A stretch of DNA of 64,000 nt from Phallusia mammillata (Eukaryota), in the NCBI GenBank assembly GCA_965637545.1, contig OZ281494.1, positions 17,236,001 through 17,300,000 on the forward strand. Reading direction: 5' to 3'. This document shows, one piece after another, positions 36,801 through 49,606 of the stretch (position 1 is the stretch's first letter; every line of letters starts with the position of its first letter). A program made the translations under genes and the position numbers. The notes under the pieces are model-generated. The model did no database searches and had not been told where the DNA came from. It worked only from the letters and a program-made list of their open reading frames with translations.

Positions 36801-39800
36801 TGGTTATTTTTAGATTCTTAAGGAAAAACTTAACCAACTTTAGCCTTAACCCAACTTAAGTTTTGTTTGTATTCTTTTTGCATCATTATTGTCATATAAT
36901 TACAAAAAAAAACAGTAAATAAGAACAGGAAAAATACTTTCAATTTAATCTCATGCTTTGACCTTGATATTGTCGTTCAAGGTCAGTTTTTAAACACAAT
37001 TTTCCAAAACTGAAAATGTGTTTGATAACTTAATAAAACGACATAGCATAGCTGCGCAAAAACAGCTGATTTCTAATCACCAACACGACTGTCTCGTAAA
37101 ACGTCCGTCCCGACGTCAAGCTAAGCACTCGCCCTGCATTCACACGCCTTAATCGTAAACATGTGAATTACTACCTTGAGAGTTGAGACTTCTATCTGAC
37201 TGACAGTGTTCACATATTGTGGGCTGTAAAAGTAACTATTTGGCCGATTAAGGCAAATTTTTCAATACTAAACGAATAACCTACTGCAAACAATTGTTTA
37301 ACATTTCAGCACATTAGGGCTTGTATTTCTGGCCTAAAACTTAATATATTGCCGTTTTAAAAATTTCACGTTTTGCGGGGCTGTGGGTGAACCGAGGGAT
37401 CAAACGGGGTCAAAATTCACATGGACCCTCTTTAGACCAATATCTATAATGTGTGTAAATTTGAAAAAGTTTGAACCATTCTTTCTTGACCAAAACGTGG
37501 GAACAAATCCGCGTTAGAAAGAAAAAAAGAAAAAAAAATATAGACAAAAACAATATTCAGGGAAGGGGACCCATATTACTTAACAATCAGGATTCGGATG
37601 TCTTATTAGGGATTTCACTTTAACGCAAGACCTGACCAAATTATCGATTCTACATTTGATGTAAAACCTCACCCATGTAGCTGATTTTAATTGCATAGAC
37701 GTCAACGTATACGGCAAATAACTCTGGCCCAATAGTGTTGTGTAAATGAAAAGGCACATTTTTTGTGGAATCGAATTTCCAAATTATGGCATTCACTGAT
37801 ATAATGCAAGATAAACAAATGTCATATGTTGCAGAATTATTGTGTCCCACTAAGTGTGCGCATGCACCCCCTGATAACCTTTGTCTGGTAGCAGCGATAT
37901 TGCCAAATGCTTAATAACGTAGTATTGAGGTTTACGTACGTCAGTGAAAAATAAAATGAAAAGCAATGACGAACATGAAATGTATTTTTTAGAATGAGGC
38001 CAAACAGCCTGTCTGATGGGACTTTATTTTTTTCGCACTCCATCATATACCTACAAAATTTATAAACAAATGATTCTCACCTTGACTTTGGAATCGTGAT
38101 TTTGATGAGTTCATCACCTGTAGGCGGAGGAGCGGAACCGTCGTATTCAATAACTGCTTTCTTTTCTTCTTCCAGCCTGACTCTTTCCGCATCTTTCTTC
38201 TCAGCCACATCCGCGCGTTTTTTTCGTTTTGATGATTCGGACTTTTTGTGTTTTTTCTCGTTTTTACGTTTCGAGCTTTTCTTACTTTTCGCAGGGGCCT
38301 CGTTGTTTACTGAAACTTCTTTTGGTATTTCGTTGTTATGCTGTTCGGTGACGACAGGTTCGGGTGACAGCTCTTTTTCGTATTTTGACTCAGGCAAGCT
38401 CTCTGGCACCACCTTGCGTAAGTCCGTATTATCCAACGGTGGTCGATCGTCGTCGCCTTTTTTAACCTCGTCGTTTTGGGTGGAAGGTGCTACTTCTTGC
38501 TTTTTAAAGGCTTCGACCAAATTCTGATCAGACACAACCTCCGTAACGGGTTTCCAACGAGAGTTTGAATTCACGTCGCCGCCCAAACCTTCGGCTGAAG
38601 CCTGTGCAGCTTCCGGTAACAGTTTGTTTTCGACTGTAGGTGTTTCAGTGGGATCGTCTGGGATATTTTTTTCCGAAGATTCTGTTTTCTCGGTGGGAGA
38701 TTCAATTTCTTGCACTTTGGGTTTTTCTTCTGAAACAGGTTGGGGCACCGGACTCTTTGCTTTTTCTTTCTGCTTTTTGAGGGCAACATCTTTAGGCGAC
38801 GAAAGCCTCTCTGTATTACTGACATCTCTTTTAGATCTTCTGGATTGCTCTCGCTCTGATTTCTTACCTCCTCTCGCAGACTGCTCCTTTCTTTCTTTAG
38901 GTTTGTCATTTTTCTCCGACGGGGAGTCACGATGCGATTTTCTGGACTGCGAATCAGTCCTTGTTTGGTGAGACTTTTTGGTCTCATTTTTCTCAGTGTG
39001 AGAGTCACGAGGTTTTTCCTTTTCATTAGCTTTCCGTTGATCCGATCTTCTGGAATCAGATTTTCGATCATTTTTTCTTGAATCTTGCTTCGAAGTTCGA
39101 GACTCAGTTTTTGCTTCTTTCACGTTTAAATCAGAATCTTTTTGCTGCCTGTTCTTGCTTTCCGAGCGACTGCTGCTTTTATCAGCTTGATTAGATACAG
39201 TTTGCTTATCAGACCTGCCTCTCCGCATAGTCGAAACTTTACCCATTTTTACATTGTCCCCTGCGCGACGAGGCGCAGCTTTCTCCTCTGCTTTCTTCGC
39301 CAATTCCTCTTCAACAGATGGTGGAGGTCTTTCATCTCGCACAGGAGTTGCATCTCCCTCCACCAGTTCGTTCTCTCTTCTATTTTTACTCTCCACACCG
39401 CGATGCTTGCTGTCTTTAACATCATCACGGTCCCGCCTTCCACCGCGACGATCATCCCGCGAACGTGAACCAGAATACCTATCCCTGCTGTCCCTTCGAC
39501 CATCTCTTTGCCTTCCAGATGGAGCACCCCGGTCCTCATCATATCTCCTCCTTGGTCCTCGTCTTCTCCGATCGTCTTGTGCATCAGGCGGTGGTTGTTC
39601 AACGTAACCTCCTCCAGCCATAGCACGCAACCTGGCCTGTACATCGTCATAGTATTGTTCTTCACGTAGGATGTGGCTCTGGAGCTCATATAATTCAGAA
39701 GCTGGAAGGCCGCTTGGTGTGATAAGCCGGTTCTGTGTATTCCAAGAGTCCGGAGCGACTGGTTCTGTACCTGGGGGTGGCAGGATTCGATTTCCAGTAC

Positions 39801-42800
39801 CAGGTGGCGACGGGGATCGGGAGAATCTTGGCTGTATGAAGCGATTGTATGGAGGTGGAGGCATGATACCTCGTTCGTACCAATCTCGCTCGTAAGCTTG
39901 CCTGTAGTGTGCGTAGAGCGCCTGGTCTCGCTCGTAATCCGCTTGTTCCTTTGAAGGCAAACCAGGTATCAGCTGCGCTTGATTGGTGCTGATCACAGGG
40001 ATTGCAGGAAAGCCTTGACCAGGGACATCCCGTCGACTTGGTCGCATGTTCGGTTGCTGAGGTGGAGTTCGAGACCGATCTCTAGCGCCACGACGCGGTG
40101 AACGTCGCCGATCCCGTCTAGTTGGAGGTGGAGTAAAACTGCTGCGGTTTCGTTTTCTGCAAAATTAAATACCGTATTAAACACAAAATTGTCAGAACTA
40201 AGGGTAAGTACCGTTGTTTAAAATCACCAACTTAAATGCGTTAACCATCAAACTGCGGCGTTACGTTGTTTGAAGGCATTTTAGTAATGTAGAAAACGTG
40301 TTAGATTACAAAAAAAATGTGGCGTGTCGTATGGCTATTTCGTACACAGCTTAACATGTTTGGGCACGTGTTACCTAAATAACCAAATTATCAACAAAAA
40401 ATTAATACATTCACATCACTAACTGTCCATACCTCTCTTTCGATGCAGATCGACGCCTGCGACGGGAGTCGTTTCTCTTCGGAGTTACGCTGCGACGTCT
40501 GCGAGGTTTCGACTTGTTTTTTACCGGGGACGACCATGACTTGGATCGACGTCTTCCGCGGTTCTTCTTAGCTTTGTTTTTGCGACGGTGACGTGGAGAA
40601 GGCGATCGCGAGACACTCTCCGAAAACGAACTGCTAGACCTGTACATAATTTCATTTGCTCTAGAAATATTTTTGACCTAACGAAAGCTTTGTAAGTATC
40701 CAATAAAAGCTCTAAATAAATATGAGTCTTACCAGGATGATCCAGTGTAGGAGGAGTAGGAGCTTGATGAGCGAGAGGAGGAATAACTAGATGAGGAGTA
40801 AGATGATCCAGAAGTTACACTCGCAGATCTTGAACGGGATCTACAATTGCATTAAACGGTGTTATTAATCAAACAGACGATATTCATTGTTGGTTTGAAA
40901 TAAAATACGACACAAGAATATGAATGCATTGATCCAAACAACAAGGTCCAGACGATAACAATAAAAGTGCTTTTTGGCCGAGGAAGGACAACCACTTATC
41001 CTAGAACTCACTATTTGAAATCTGTATTTCTATTCCTTCAGCAATAAACCCACAGCTTTAGAGCGAGTTGAGAGTAGAAGTAAGTTGCCAACAATATACA
41101 CGGGTAACCGAACGATAGAGTGAATTATAATGGCGCACAACAAAATGATTGCGTTACCTGCGACGACCACGTTTCCTGTCACTAGTTCGCTTTTTCGACA
41201 TTTTCTCCGCGAATTCATCTGACATAATGTCCAGTTTTGATTTTCTTGATCCACGATCTTGTCGCCTTCTTGGAGATCGTGTAGATGAGCGTTTTTTTAC
41301 CGGACTTCGAACGTGCCTAGCCGGTGGAAGTCGCGAATGGTGGTCAGTTTGTCTACTGCTACTGCTACAAAAAAAACAACCTTAACCACCAATACAACAC
41401 TTAAGCTCACTAGTATTTAAACCGCATAAAAACTGTAATGTATTGTGGTTTTGTAATTCATTTATTTGAGTTGGTGCTTTTTTTTCATTACCATAATGCA
41501 TGATGCAGATAACCGTTACAGGTTGGTATATACGAATGTCATACACACGAATGACTAATTACAGTTCTTACCGCTACAACAAGCTGAGCATTAAGATTTA
41601 AAATGGAGTGGAGTGTTACAAAGTATACAAACAACAAACTTGTACCTGATAGGTTGAAATCCAACTGATTTAGTTTCAGTTCCTGGTGGCAAGGGAAGGC
41701 CTGTGTGAAAAAGATCATTTCAATTACATGCATGCCTACCCTAAAAATGAAACAGAAGAATCACAAAGACATAAGTAATATGGTGCAATTAAACTTACCA
41801 GGGGGTGGAGCAGAACCAAGAGAAGGAATTGCTAATCCAGGAGGAAAACCAGGTGGAGGTTGAGATGTTGATGGTGGAGGAAGAAGGAGATTGAATGGAA
41901 ATGGAGGGGGTGGATGTTGAAAGATGTTCACCCCTGATGTGGGAATCTGCAGAGAATTGTTGCTTGAACAAATTAATCCAATACTTAAACACATAGTAGT
42001 GCGAAAGTGAACACAAACTTTTTAACCCCTTTTTATGAAAAAGAAATTTGCATATGCTTAAAAGGTAACTATGATTAAACCTACTTACATTTGGAGGTGG
42101 TATGTTGGCTAAACCTGGAGGTAGGACTGGTGGAATCAAGGGAGGTGGTGGCAAAGACATCGGAACTGGTGGTGGCTTTGTTAAATTTGGAGCTGGTGTT
42201 GGTAATGGTGTGGGTGCTTGTGGTTGTTGTAAGGGTGGTCGACTCACTGGGGGCTGAAGGGCTGGTGACACATTAGCAGATGGCCGCTTGCTGTCAGACA
42301 ATACAACAGTGGACAAAGCTGATGATGGTGCGGTTCCTAACAATCCTAAGCCCTCAGAGTTGGGAGGGTTTACTTGTACAGGTTTCACCTCAAGAGCTGG
42401 TGGCATCGAGGGCAAAGACGCGACAGCACTTTGGCTAGAGCCTTGTGAGTCTGCAAGGTTATCATTTGGTGTAAGGGCATTTTGAGCTGCCTGGTCTTGA
42501 CCCATGGATGTGATGTTACTGACAGAGCTGTTGACAGCTTCTGGACCTTCAGGTTCATTGTAAGTGCTATTCAATGAGGAGTTGTCTTCAGGTGTATAAG
42601 ATCCTGAATCAGCTGTTGTTAATAGTGCTGGGCTGGATGATTTAGGAGGATGAGACTCAGAAAGTGGGTGAATTCCAGTAAGAGATGATGCAGTGGTGGT
42701 TGCTGGTTCCATTTTACTAAACAGCAAGTTTTGTTAACTTGAGGTAATTAGTCACAGAGAATAAACTTTTAGTTTACAAAGTGTCTTAGAAAAGTATAGA

Positions 42801-45800
42801 CAAAACAGATGGCATGACAGAATGTTTGCATTAAGCCTAATGACATGTAATTACATACACAGAAAAGCTGCTTTGACAAATGCTTAAAAGATAGGTATGG
42901 CATTACTAAAAAGAAGTTTAAAACTTTCTTTAAAATTACAAACTTACAGGGACCACTTGGTATAGGGCTATAACAAAAGGTTGTACTGTAGTTGCAAAGC
43001 AGACAAAAACTTACATTGCGTTCTCAATCAGTGATCTGACAACTTTGGCAGTAGGTGGTGAAATTCCTGGTGGAAGTGGCTCCACAGGGACAGGCTTAGG
43101 TCTTAACAAAAAAATCAAATTTGGAATAAATAACAATCACAAAATCACAGTAAATTCATGCTTAGGTAAGCTCAACCAAACTTACTTTTCTTCACCAGTA
43201 TCAGGTGTTGAGTTGAAAGTATAGCTGTCACTTTGTGGAGTTGTACTTGGCAGTGTTTGAGCATCAATTGGCGTTGATTGGGCATTTGGCTCTTTTAGGC
43301 CTGGTGTGGTTTCAACCTTATCACTGCTGTTCTCATTTGGAGCCAGTTTAATTCTGATTGGCTGTGTTGGGTCATGTGGAGATGAGCCACCCTCCATCTG
43401 TCTCTTAGCAACAGTGTAAGGTCTGCTGACAATTTGCTCAGCCTTTGCCTTGACTACATAAGCACCCAGGTGTCCAGGCAGGCGACTTTCAGTTCTTGAC
43501 TGAGGAGGTCCATATGAAACTTTGGTAGGTGGTGCAGAGGTCGGTTTGGTTTTAGGTTTGTCAGAAGGTGCAGGCCGAGGCCACACAGGGGCATTTGATT
43601 TCTTCTTAGCAATTCCTGTGTCGTTTTTGAACTTGTTTACAGCCTTAAAACATGAAAAAGGCGTTTCGAGTATTTTCAAGGTACACAGTAACTCCAAATA
43701 TAGAGATTTATAAATTTTCCAACACAGTATTTATTCCATACTACTTTCGACTTAATATTATCTCTATTGTACACAGTGAATGTTTAGTGGATTTGGCTTG
43801 GAATGTTTATTAAATACATCAACAATTGTTACACCCATTCCACTTAAATTAAATTATTTTTGAGTTTGTAAAATTTTATTTGTGTTTACAATTGGTGAAT
43901 CTTTATCAGTGTTTGAATAAACTTAAAACAAAGATGAATCCAAGGCTCACCTGTCGGAGAAATTTGTTGGCGATCAGTGAATCTGGGGAAATATTTTCTT
44001 TATGACAGGTTGGACACTGATGTGTCTCTGAATCCAACAGCGCATTTCGGATGCCTAAATATTTACTACATTGAAAATTACTCCAGTAGGTTATATTAAA
44101 AAATATCATTTTATTTACGAAACAATAGCATCTTATTAAGTCAAGCAGGATGAGTTTAGCCGTGTAAGTTCCCGAATGTTTGGTACCAAGTATTTGTTGA
44201 TTTTCTAATTTTGCATTTAATTTACATGTTACTATGTCATAAACATGTAATGTAACTGTATCATAGATAACAAACTAGACATTTTGATGTTGTTGTTTTT
44301 TTTGATGTGATAAACTGTAACTGTTCATATATCATGTACGAGTGAATAGTTCGCAAACATAAATGAATATTTGGATGATTAACTTAAGTTTTTGTTTTCC
44401 TGACATAGCACTAATAATAAATTTATCTTGAACCGAAGTACTGAAGTTTGTAAGAGAATGCGATAGTTTGAGAAAAAGCTTGAAAACAAACAACAATAAA
44501 AAAAACAAGCATGTGCATACGAATTTTTTTGAATAAAACTCACAGTCATCACAGTAACTATTTCCACAACATGGTATGACAACAGCATCCACCAAGAGAT
44601 CCTTGCATAATAAACAGATCAGCTCATCAGGGATCGGTTCATCTTCTTCCTCTTCTTCAACTGGTTTCACTGTTTCCGGAATAAATGGAGGTTTCTCTTT
44701 CTTTCCTATGTCATATCCTTTTCTGAAAAGTAAAGAATTTGCTTGACACCTACATGTTTTAAATTGGTGTATATAGATTTGAGACACTGAATGATATAAA
44801 AACAGCTCCATTCAAAAAGGAGAATGGCAACCTTTGGCAAGCAGCTGGTCAAAGATAAGACAGTCTTATTATTTTTACTGATAATTCAGATCTCTTTATT
44901 GTTGTTAGAACCTTTCATTTAATTTTATGAAATACATGATATATATACACAAAAACGTAAAATATCGTATATTTACATTAGGGGTTTGCACATAACATGT
45001 CACTTACTTGTCCATTACAGGAACAACATACCGCCCATCTGATGTGAGCATAGCACCCTTGGCCTCCTTGTTCACTTCAACCATGTGACTACGAGGTATG
45101 CCAGTTGCAAGCCGCATAGTTTTGACTTTTTCAACTTCAGTCTGGTTTAAAAAACACAATATCAATCTTTATTAATTGCACTAACAGCCTACGTTTATCA
45201 TCTGTTCAATGATTTTACCAACACTTCTGTTGTATGAAAAGCCTTTTGTCTATTAGTTTGCAAAAATGTATTACCTTTGGCAGGGGACAGTGCATGGAAT
45301 AATGGCCATGCTGGTTGCACCGATAACATCGTACATAGCTTGGTGTTGCGGCAGTGGAAGCAGTACTTGTTGATGAGACATTGTACTTGTAAGACCCATA
45401 CTTGGGTGGACGATAAAAGCTATAAAAGAAATATTTTTAGAAATTATATAATTAGTACACTCGTTTGTTAAACAAATTTAAACAAAATACTGTCAACAAT
45501 ATATCCAGACAAAAAAAAGTACAAAAACACTTATTTCAAGGTTGCAAACTTACTTTGATGGGTCATACTCATTTGTCGATTGGTGAATTGCTGCTTTTAT
45601 TTTGTCCTCTTCAGAAGCATTTGCCTCAGCCAAATTGCTTGCCTTGGAATGATTAAAAGTTTTTGGTCAATTTTGTTGTCAATTAACAGAAGCGATAAAT
45701 TATTAAACACAATTGATGGGTTTTGCAAATAAAACAATGCTGCTTTCAAAAGTAATGTAGTATTACAACATTTCATGTAACTTTTGCTATACAACTATCA

Positions 45801-48800
45801 TGGAAAACTCAGTCAACACAGAAACAAATGTGGTAAATTTAAATTTACCTTGGTAAGTTCATCAAAAGACAATTTTGGTTGAGCTTCTGGTTCCTTAATT
45901 AAAAACAAAGATTGCGATGTACAAAAGAAACGTTTACATTGACACTTTTTACAACCCAAAACACCAACAACACATAAAAAACATGAAACGGGTTTTATAA
46001 ATGAAGATATAACTGTCTGCAACAAAGTATACTGCAAAGATGTTAACTTTAATGGACAATCCTTGCTTCGGCTTCGAACATCATTGGAACTTCCCCGGAA
46101 TGGATGACTTTGCTTTCTTTTTATAAATGATTGTTTATGATTTGTTTTGACCTGTTTGTGTTGTGATAAGTCATACCTATCTGATCTTTTTTGTGGATTC
46201 TAGTCAGGGTTGTGTATAGTTAGGCTCATGTGGTACTGAATTATATCTTATGGTATTGCACAATTACTAAAGAGTCAGTTTTGACCCATGTGCTTTTTAC
46301 TTCACCAAAACAGCAACATAATGTACCTGTTTGTGAAGTTTTTAAAAAAATATATAATGTGCACCATACAACTAAACATGTCATTATTTAAAGCAGGGGT
46401 GGGGAACCTGCGGCCCGCTTGCCTTTTTAATATGGCCCTTGCCACAATTTTGTAAAGTACAGTATGTAACATAGCAAAAAAATAAAATGTTCATGTACAA
46501 ATTTACTTCGACATTACTGGTAATCTCCCCATCCCACATTATGACGCCAAACTTATAAAAAATGCCACACTTTCAACCACTTGCTATATTTGTGACGTAA
46601 CAGTCACTCGATTGCCTCTACTTGCAGTAACAAATCATTTGCCATGTGGTGTTAGTTTTAAATTGGTTTTAGAGCTATTAGCGTGGATCCTTATATTGTT
46701 ATTTAAAATATATTCTTGGAAAAAATACAGATCGGTATAATGGAGCTAGGGTGTTTAAGAAGGAATTGACAAACTCTTATTTTTAGTCGAATATAAGTGA
46801 TAAGCCCGTATGTCTTGTTTGTTGCAAACATGTGACAGCAAAGAAAAAATCAAATCTGAAGCGATGAAATGTAAAACCACTTGTATCCAGGTTATTTTTA
46901 AACAAAATTTAAAAAAAATGGCCCGCCCGAAAATGTCGTGCAATTCACGCGGCCCGCAGTACTAATTAGGTTCCCCACCCCTGATTTAAAGCAACACCCA
47001 AATGAAGAAAAAAACTATTAAATCTACAGGTTAAAATAAAATTCTTTATGCAAATTGTCTATTGTGTTTAACTTTTGGAAAAAAATATAACCCGCATTGT
47101 GTGGCCACCTATAGGTCTAATTAGGAGTCAAAATTAGTTATTAAAAGAAGTAAAAAAGGCCTATTAATCTTGTGCCAAAAAGCGTGATTTTCTATTTAAA
47201 ATCACATGATAGGTTGATCATTGTAAACCTTACAACTTATTATAAATGTAAAACATTCAAAAACTCAGTCCAGTTGCAACAAAAGAAACCGTGAAGGTGG
47301 CAAGACAGACGGATGCTATCAAGAAAAAAAGTAGGGCTTTGAGTCCCATTCCAATTAACACCACAACTAACTAAAAAATAGTACAAAAAAGGATATTTAT
47401 TCCAATCTTATTAAACAAGCTTAATATACAAAGTTTAGCACCATCCTGTCTGCCAATGTAAAAACACTACATGACAAATTAAGTACGTACATATATATAT
47501 TAAATTAGCAATAAACAAATTAGATTTTTAAATTGACAGCGTAAATTTACGAACTATTTTTTTATAATGTACTATTTTTGAAGCAATGTAAGCCTGGGCA
47601 TTATGCAACTCACACTTTGTTGCCCACAAAAGTTTATTCCAAATGAAAATCCTCAGCACAATGAATATGTCCAAATGCACAAGAAACACAAAAATATATC
47701 CGATACAAAAGTTTATAACTGTCACAACTTACATGCCAAACACCTGCAACATTTTTGTGCAACTGCGTTCACAAGCATTGCATTGTCACACGGTATTATG
47801 GCAGTACAACCATGTTCTAACTCCACTACACATATGCATGTGCAGAAATCAAGATTGCCCAACCAGAGCTCCAAGAATCACCCAGACAGGGTTTCCTCAT
47901 TGTTGGGTAAAGACAGAGTATAGTACAATGCCCAAATCAACAAAAACAACCACCGACGCAGAAGAGAACAAGTAAAAGTCCATAACATTTATGATTTTGC
48001 CATGTGTAATTAGAAAAGCACATAGAAGAAGTAATTAATAAACATGGAAACAAATAACAATGTAAAAACTTTCACAAACAGTGGACAGGCTATTTTAAAA
48101 AACTGTTTACAAGAAAAACCATAAAAAATACAACTTTAATTTTAGTTTCCACTTGGAAGCAAAAACAAGAAACACATTTTACAATACATTAATAGCAAAG
48201 TAGCACTACAACATGCATTACTAATTCAAATTGTTAACTGCAATTTATTCTGATTTCACAATAACATGAACAAACAAAGTTAGCAGCATTCACTGAAAAA
48301 CATCACAATGAAAAAAAGGCTTTTGGCATAAAATGTAAAAAAATGTTTCTACATACTTGAACAACCTTGGTGCTGGTGTGAACTGCCTGTGAACTGCTGT
48401 CATGTCTTTTTCTATGGCAACAAATAAAACAGTTAAGTTGATTTCGCTTTATGAAAAAAAACAGTATTTCAAAAGTCACACAAATACACTAAAAAATGGG
48501 CTCCTCTAAAATATGCAAGCTACGCAATCTACTTATAAAACGTATGCAACTTTTAAAAATGTTGACGGTTAGGGCTTTTAGGGTCTGGGTGAGGGTTTAT
48601 AATAAAAATAACACTATAGTTTAGTTTTAGATGCCCAGTTTAGGCTTAATATTCACATGTGTGTTGAGAGTGGTACTAAATACCGTATGGTGCCGCATGT
48701 TAACACTTGTAAGAAAATTAAGCCCCAAAGGTATCTGAGATTAAATTATATAGTTATTTTAGTTATAAACCCTCACCCAGACCCTAATAGCCCTAACCGT

Positions 48801-49346
48801 CAACATCTTAGTTAGTTTTTTTTAGTAGATTGCGTATTTTAGAGTAGCCCCTAAAAAATTTCCAAGAAATAGCTGCACACTGTAAAAACATCTAAAAATA
48901 TATGTATTCTTACTTACACAATGTACACTTTAGAATCACGCACTGGTCCAAGTGGAATTCTTCTAACCAATACTGCTGTGTTTTTTGGAATTAATGTAGA
49001 TTCATCTTTGTACACTGTAAAATATTATAATACACTGTAAAAAATATACACACAGTAGAATACACAATACCATCAACAATAGTTCAATTAGGAATTTAAA
49101 AAACAAGAAATAATAAAACAGGACTTTCAAACATTGTAATGTTACAAAAAAAACAAGTCTATATTTCATTTTATTCATACCTTGCAATGTTTGAGCATTT
49201 GTTATGTGCAGATCCAATTCAGTGCTCTTCAGTTTCTGTTTTTCCATGACAGCACGTTTCAAATCAAGAAGCGAAATTGTAATGCCATCAAAAGTAATAT
49301 TTTTGTATTCATTGCTGCTTGAAAATTTGTAATGAATCGCCGACAT
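33887..49346 (-). CDS. RBBP6: E3 ubiquitin ligase / 3'-processing factor RBBP6, about 2020 aa
   Basis: Exons 49346-49181, 49014-48918, 48411-48357, 45893-45849, 45642-45554, 45419-45275, 45141-45008, 44722-44544, 44054-43951, 43643-43186, 43101-43015, 42716-42089, 41946-41799, 41700-41646, 41364-41158, 40840-40733, 40639-40433, 40156-38081, 34961-33887; phase-consistent (6063 nt). Domains: DWNN (IHYKFSS..LIPKNTAVLVRRIP), NLAEANASEEDKIKA, zinc knuckle CYRCNQHGHYSMHC, RING (IPDELICLLC..IPCCGNSYCDDC..CPTC), Pro-rich, RS, and a Lys/His-rich tail. Confidence 0.96.
36594..36765 (+). repeat. Imperfect 40-bp direct repeat in the last RBBP6 intron
   Basis: ATAATTGTTTCTGCAAGCATAATCAAATGGGTCCCCACAC (36594-36633) versus ATAATTGTTTTTGCAAGCAAAAACGAATGGGTCCCCACAC (36726-36765). 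Confidence 0.8.
46394..46983. mobile_element. hAT (Charlie/Buster-type) MITE, 590 bp, in RBBP6 intron 3
   Basis: Perfect TIRs CAGGGGTGGGGAACCT / AGGTTCCCCACCCCTG. Perfect TSD ATTTAAAG. Subterminal GGCCCGC motifs. Confidence 0.95.
48498..48850. mobile_element. Mutator/foldback-like MITE with long TIRs, in RBBP6 intron 2
   Basis: GGG..CCC termini and imperfect inverted arms of about 100 bp (e.g. TACGCAATCTACT / AGTAGATTGCGTA; ATGTTGACGGTTAGGGCT / AGCCCTAACCGTCAACAT). Perfect 9-bp TSD CTAAAAAAT (48489-48497, 48851-48859). Confidence 0.85.
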
Positions 49347-49543
49347 TTTTCTTCACCTCTGTTCCGTCACCTTCCAATCGAAGAAGATCGAAAGTTTTTT
49401 GTCAGTTCTGTAATTTCTTTTCGGTAGTCACAGAACAAATCAACTCTTTTAAATGGTTGGTGTCAAGGCAACACTCAGACAAAAAATGACAGCATTTTTA
49501 TTTAACAGCAAATTTCCACCGAGCGTGGCCGTGGACATTACTA

Positions 49544-49606
49544 GTCACGTGATGCTACCGCTAGTTTTAGTCTCGCAACAGCCGTAAGTTGTGAAAAGTT
49601 ACGTCA
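49544..49606. promoter_or_regulatory. Candidate RBBP6 proximal promoter motifs
   Basis: E-box GTCACGTGAT (49544-49553) and CRE-like TTACGTCA (49599-49606), 200-260 bp upstream of the ATG in CpG-containing sequence. Confidence 0.4.

Noticed and set aside
37837-38051. Extra RBBP6 exon just after the 2-kb exon
   Set aside because: The implied intron is only 29 nt and the peptide has no similarity; the 34961 acceptor fits phase and composition.
38096-39895. Several long plus-strand and alternative-frame ORFs
   Set aside because: These are shadows of the low-complexity RBBP6 exon; the same applies at 33829-35020 and 42091-42485.
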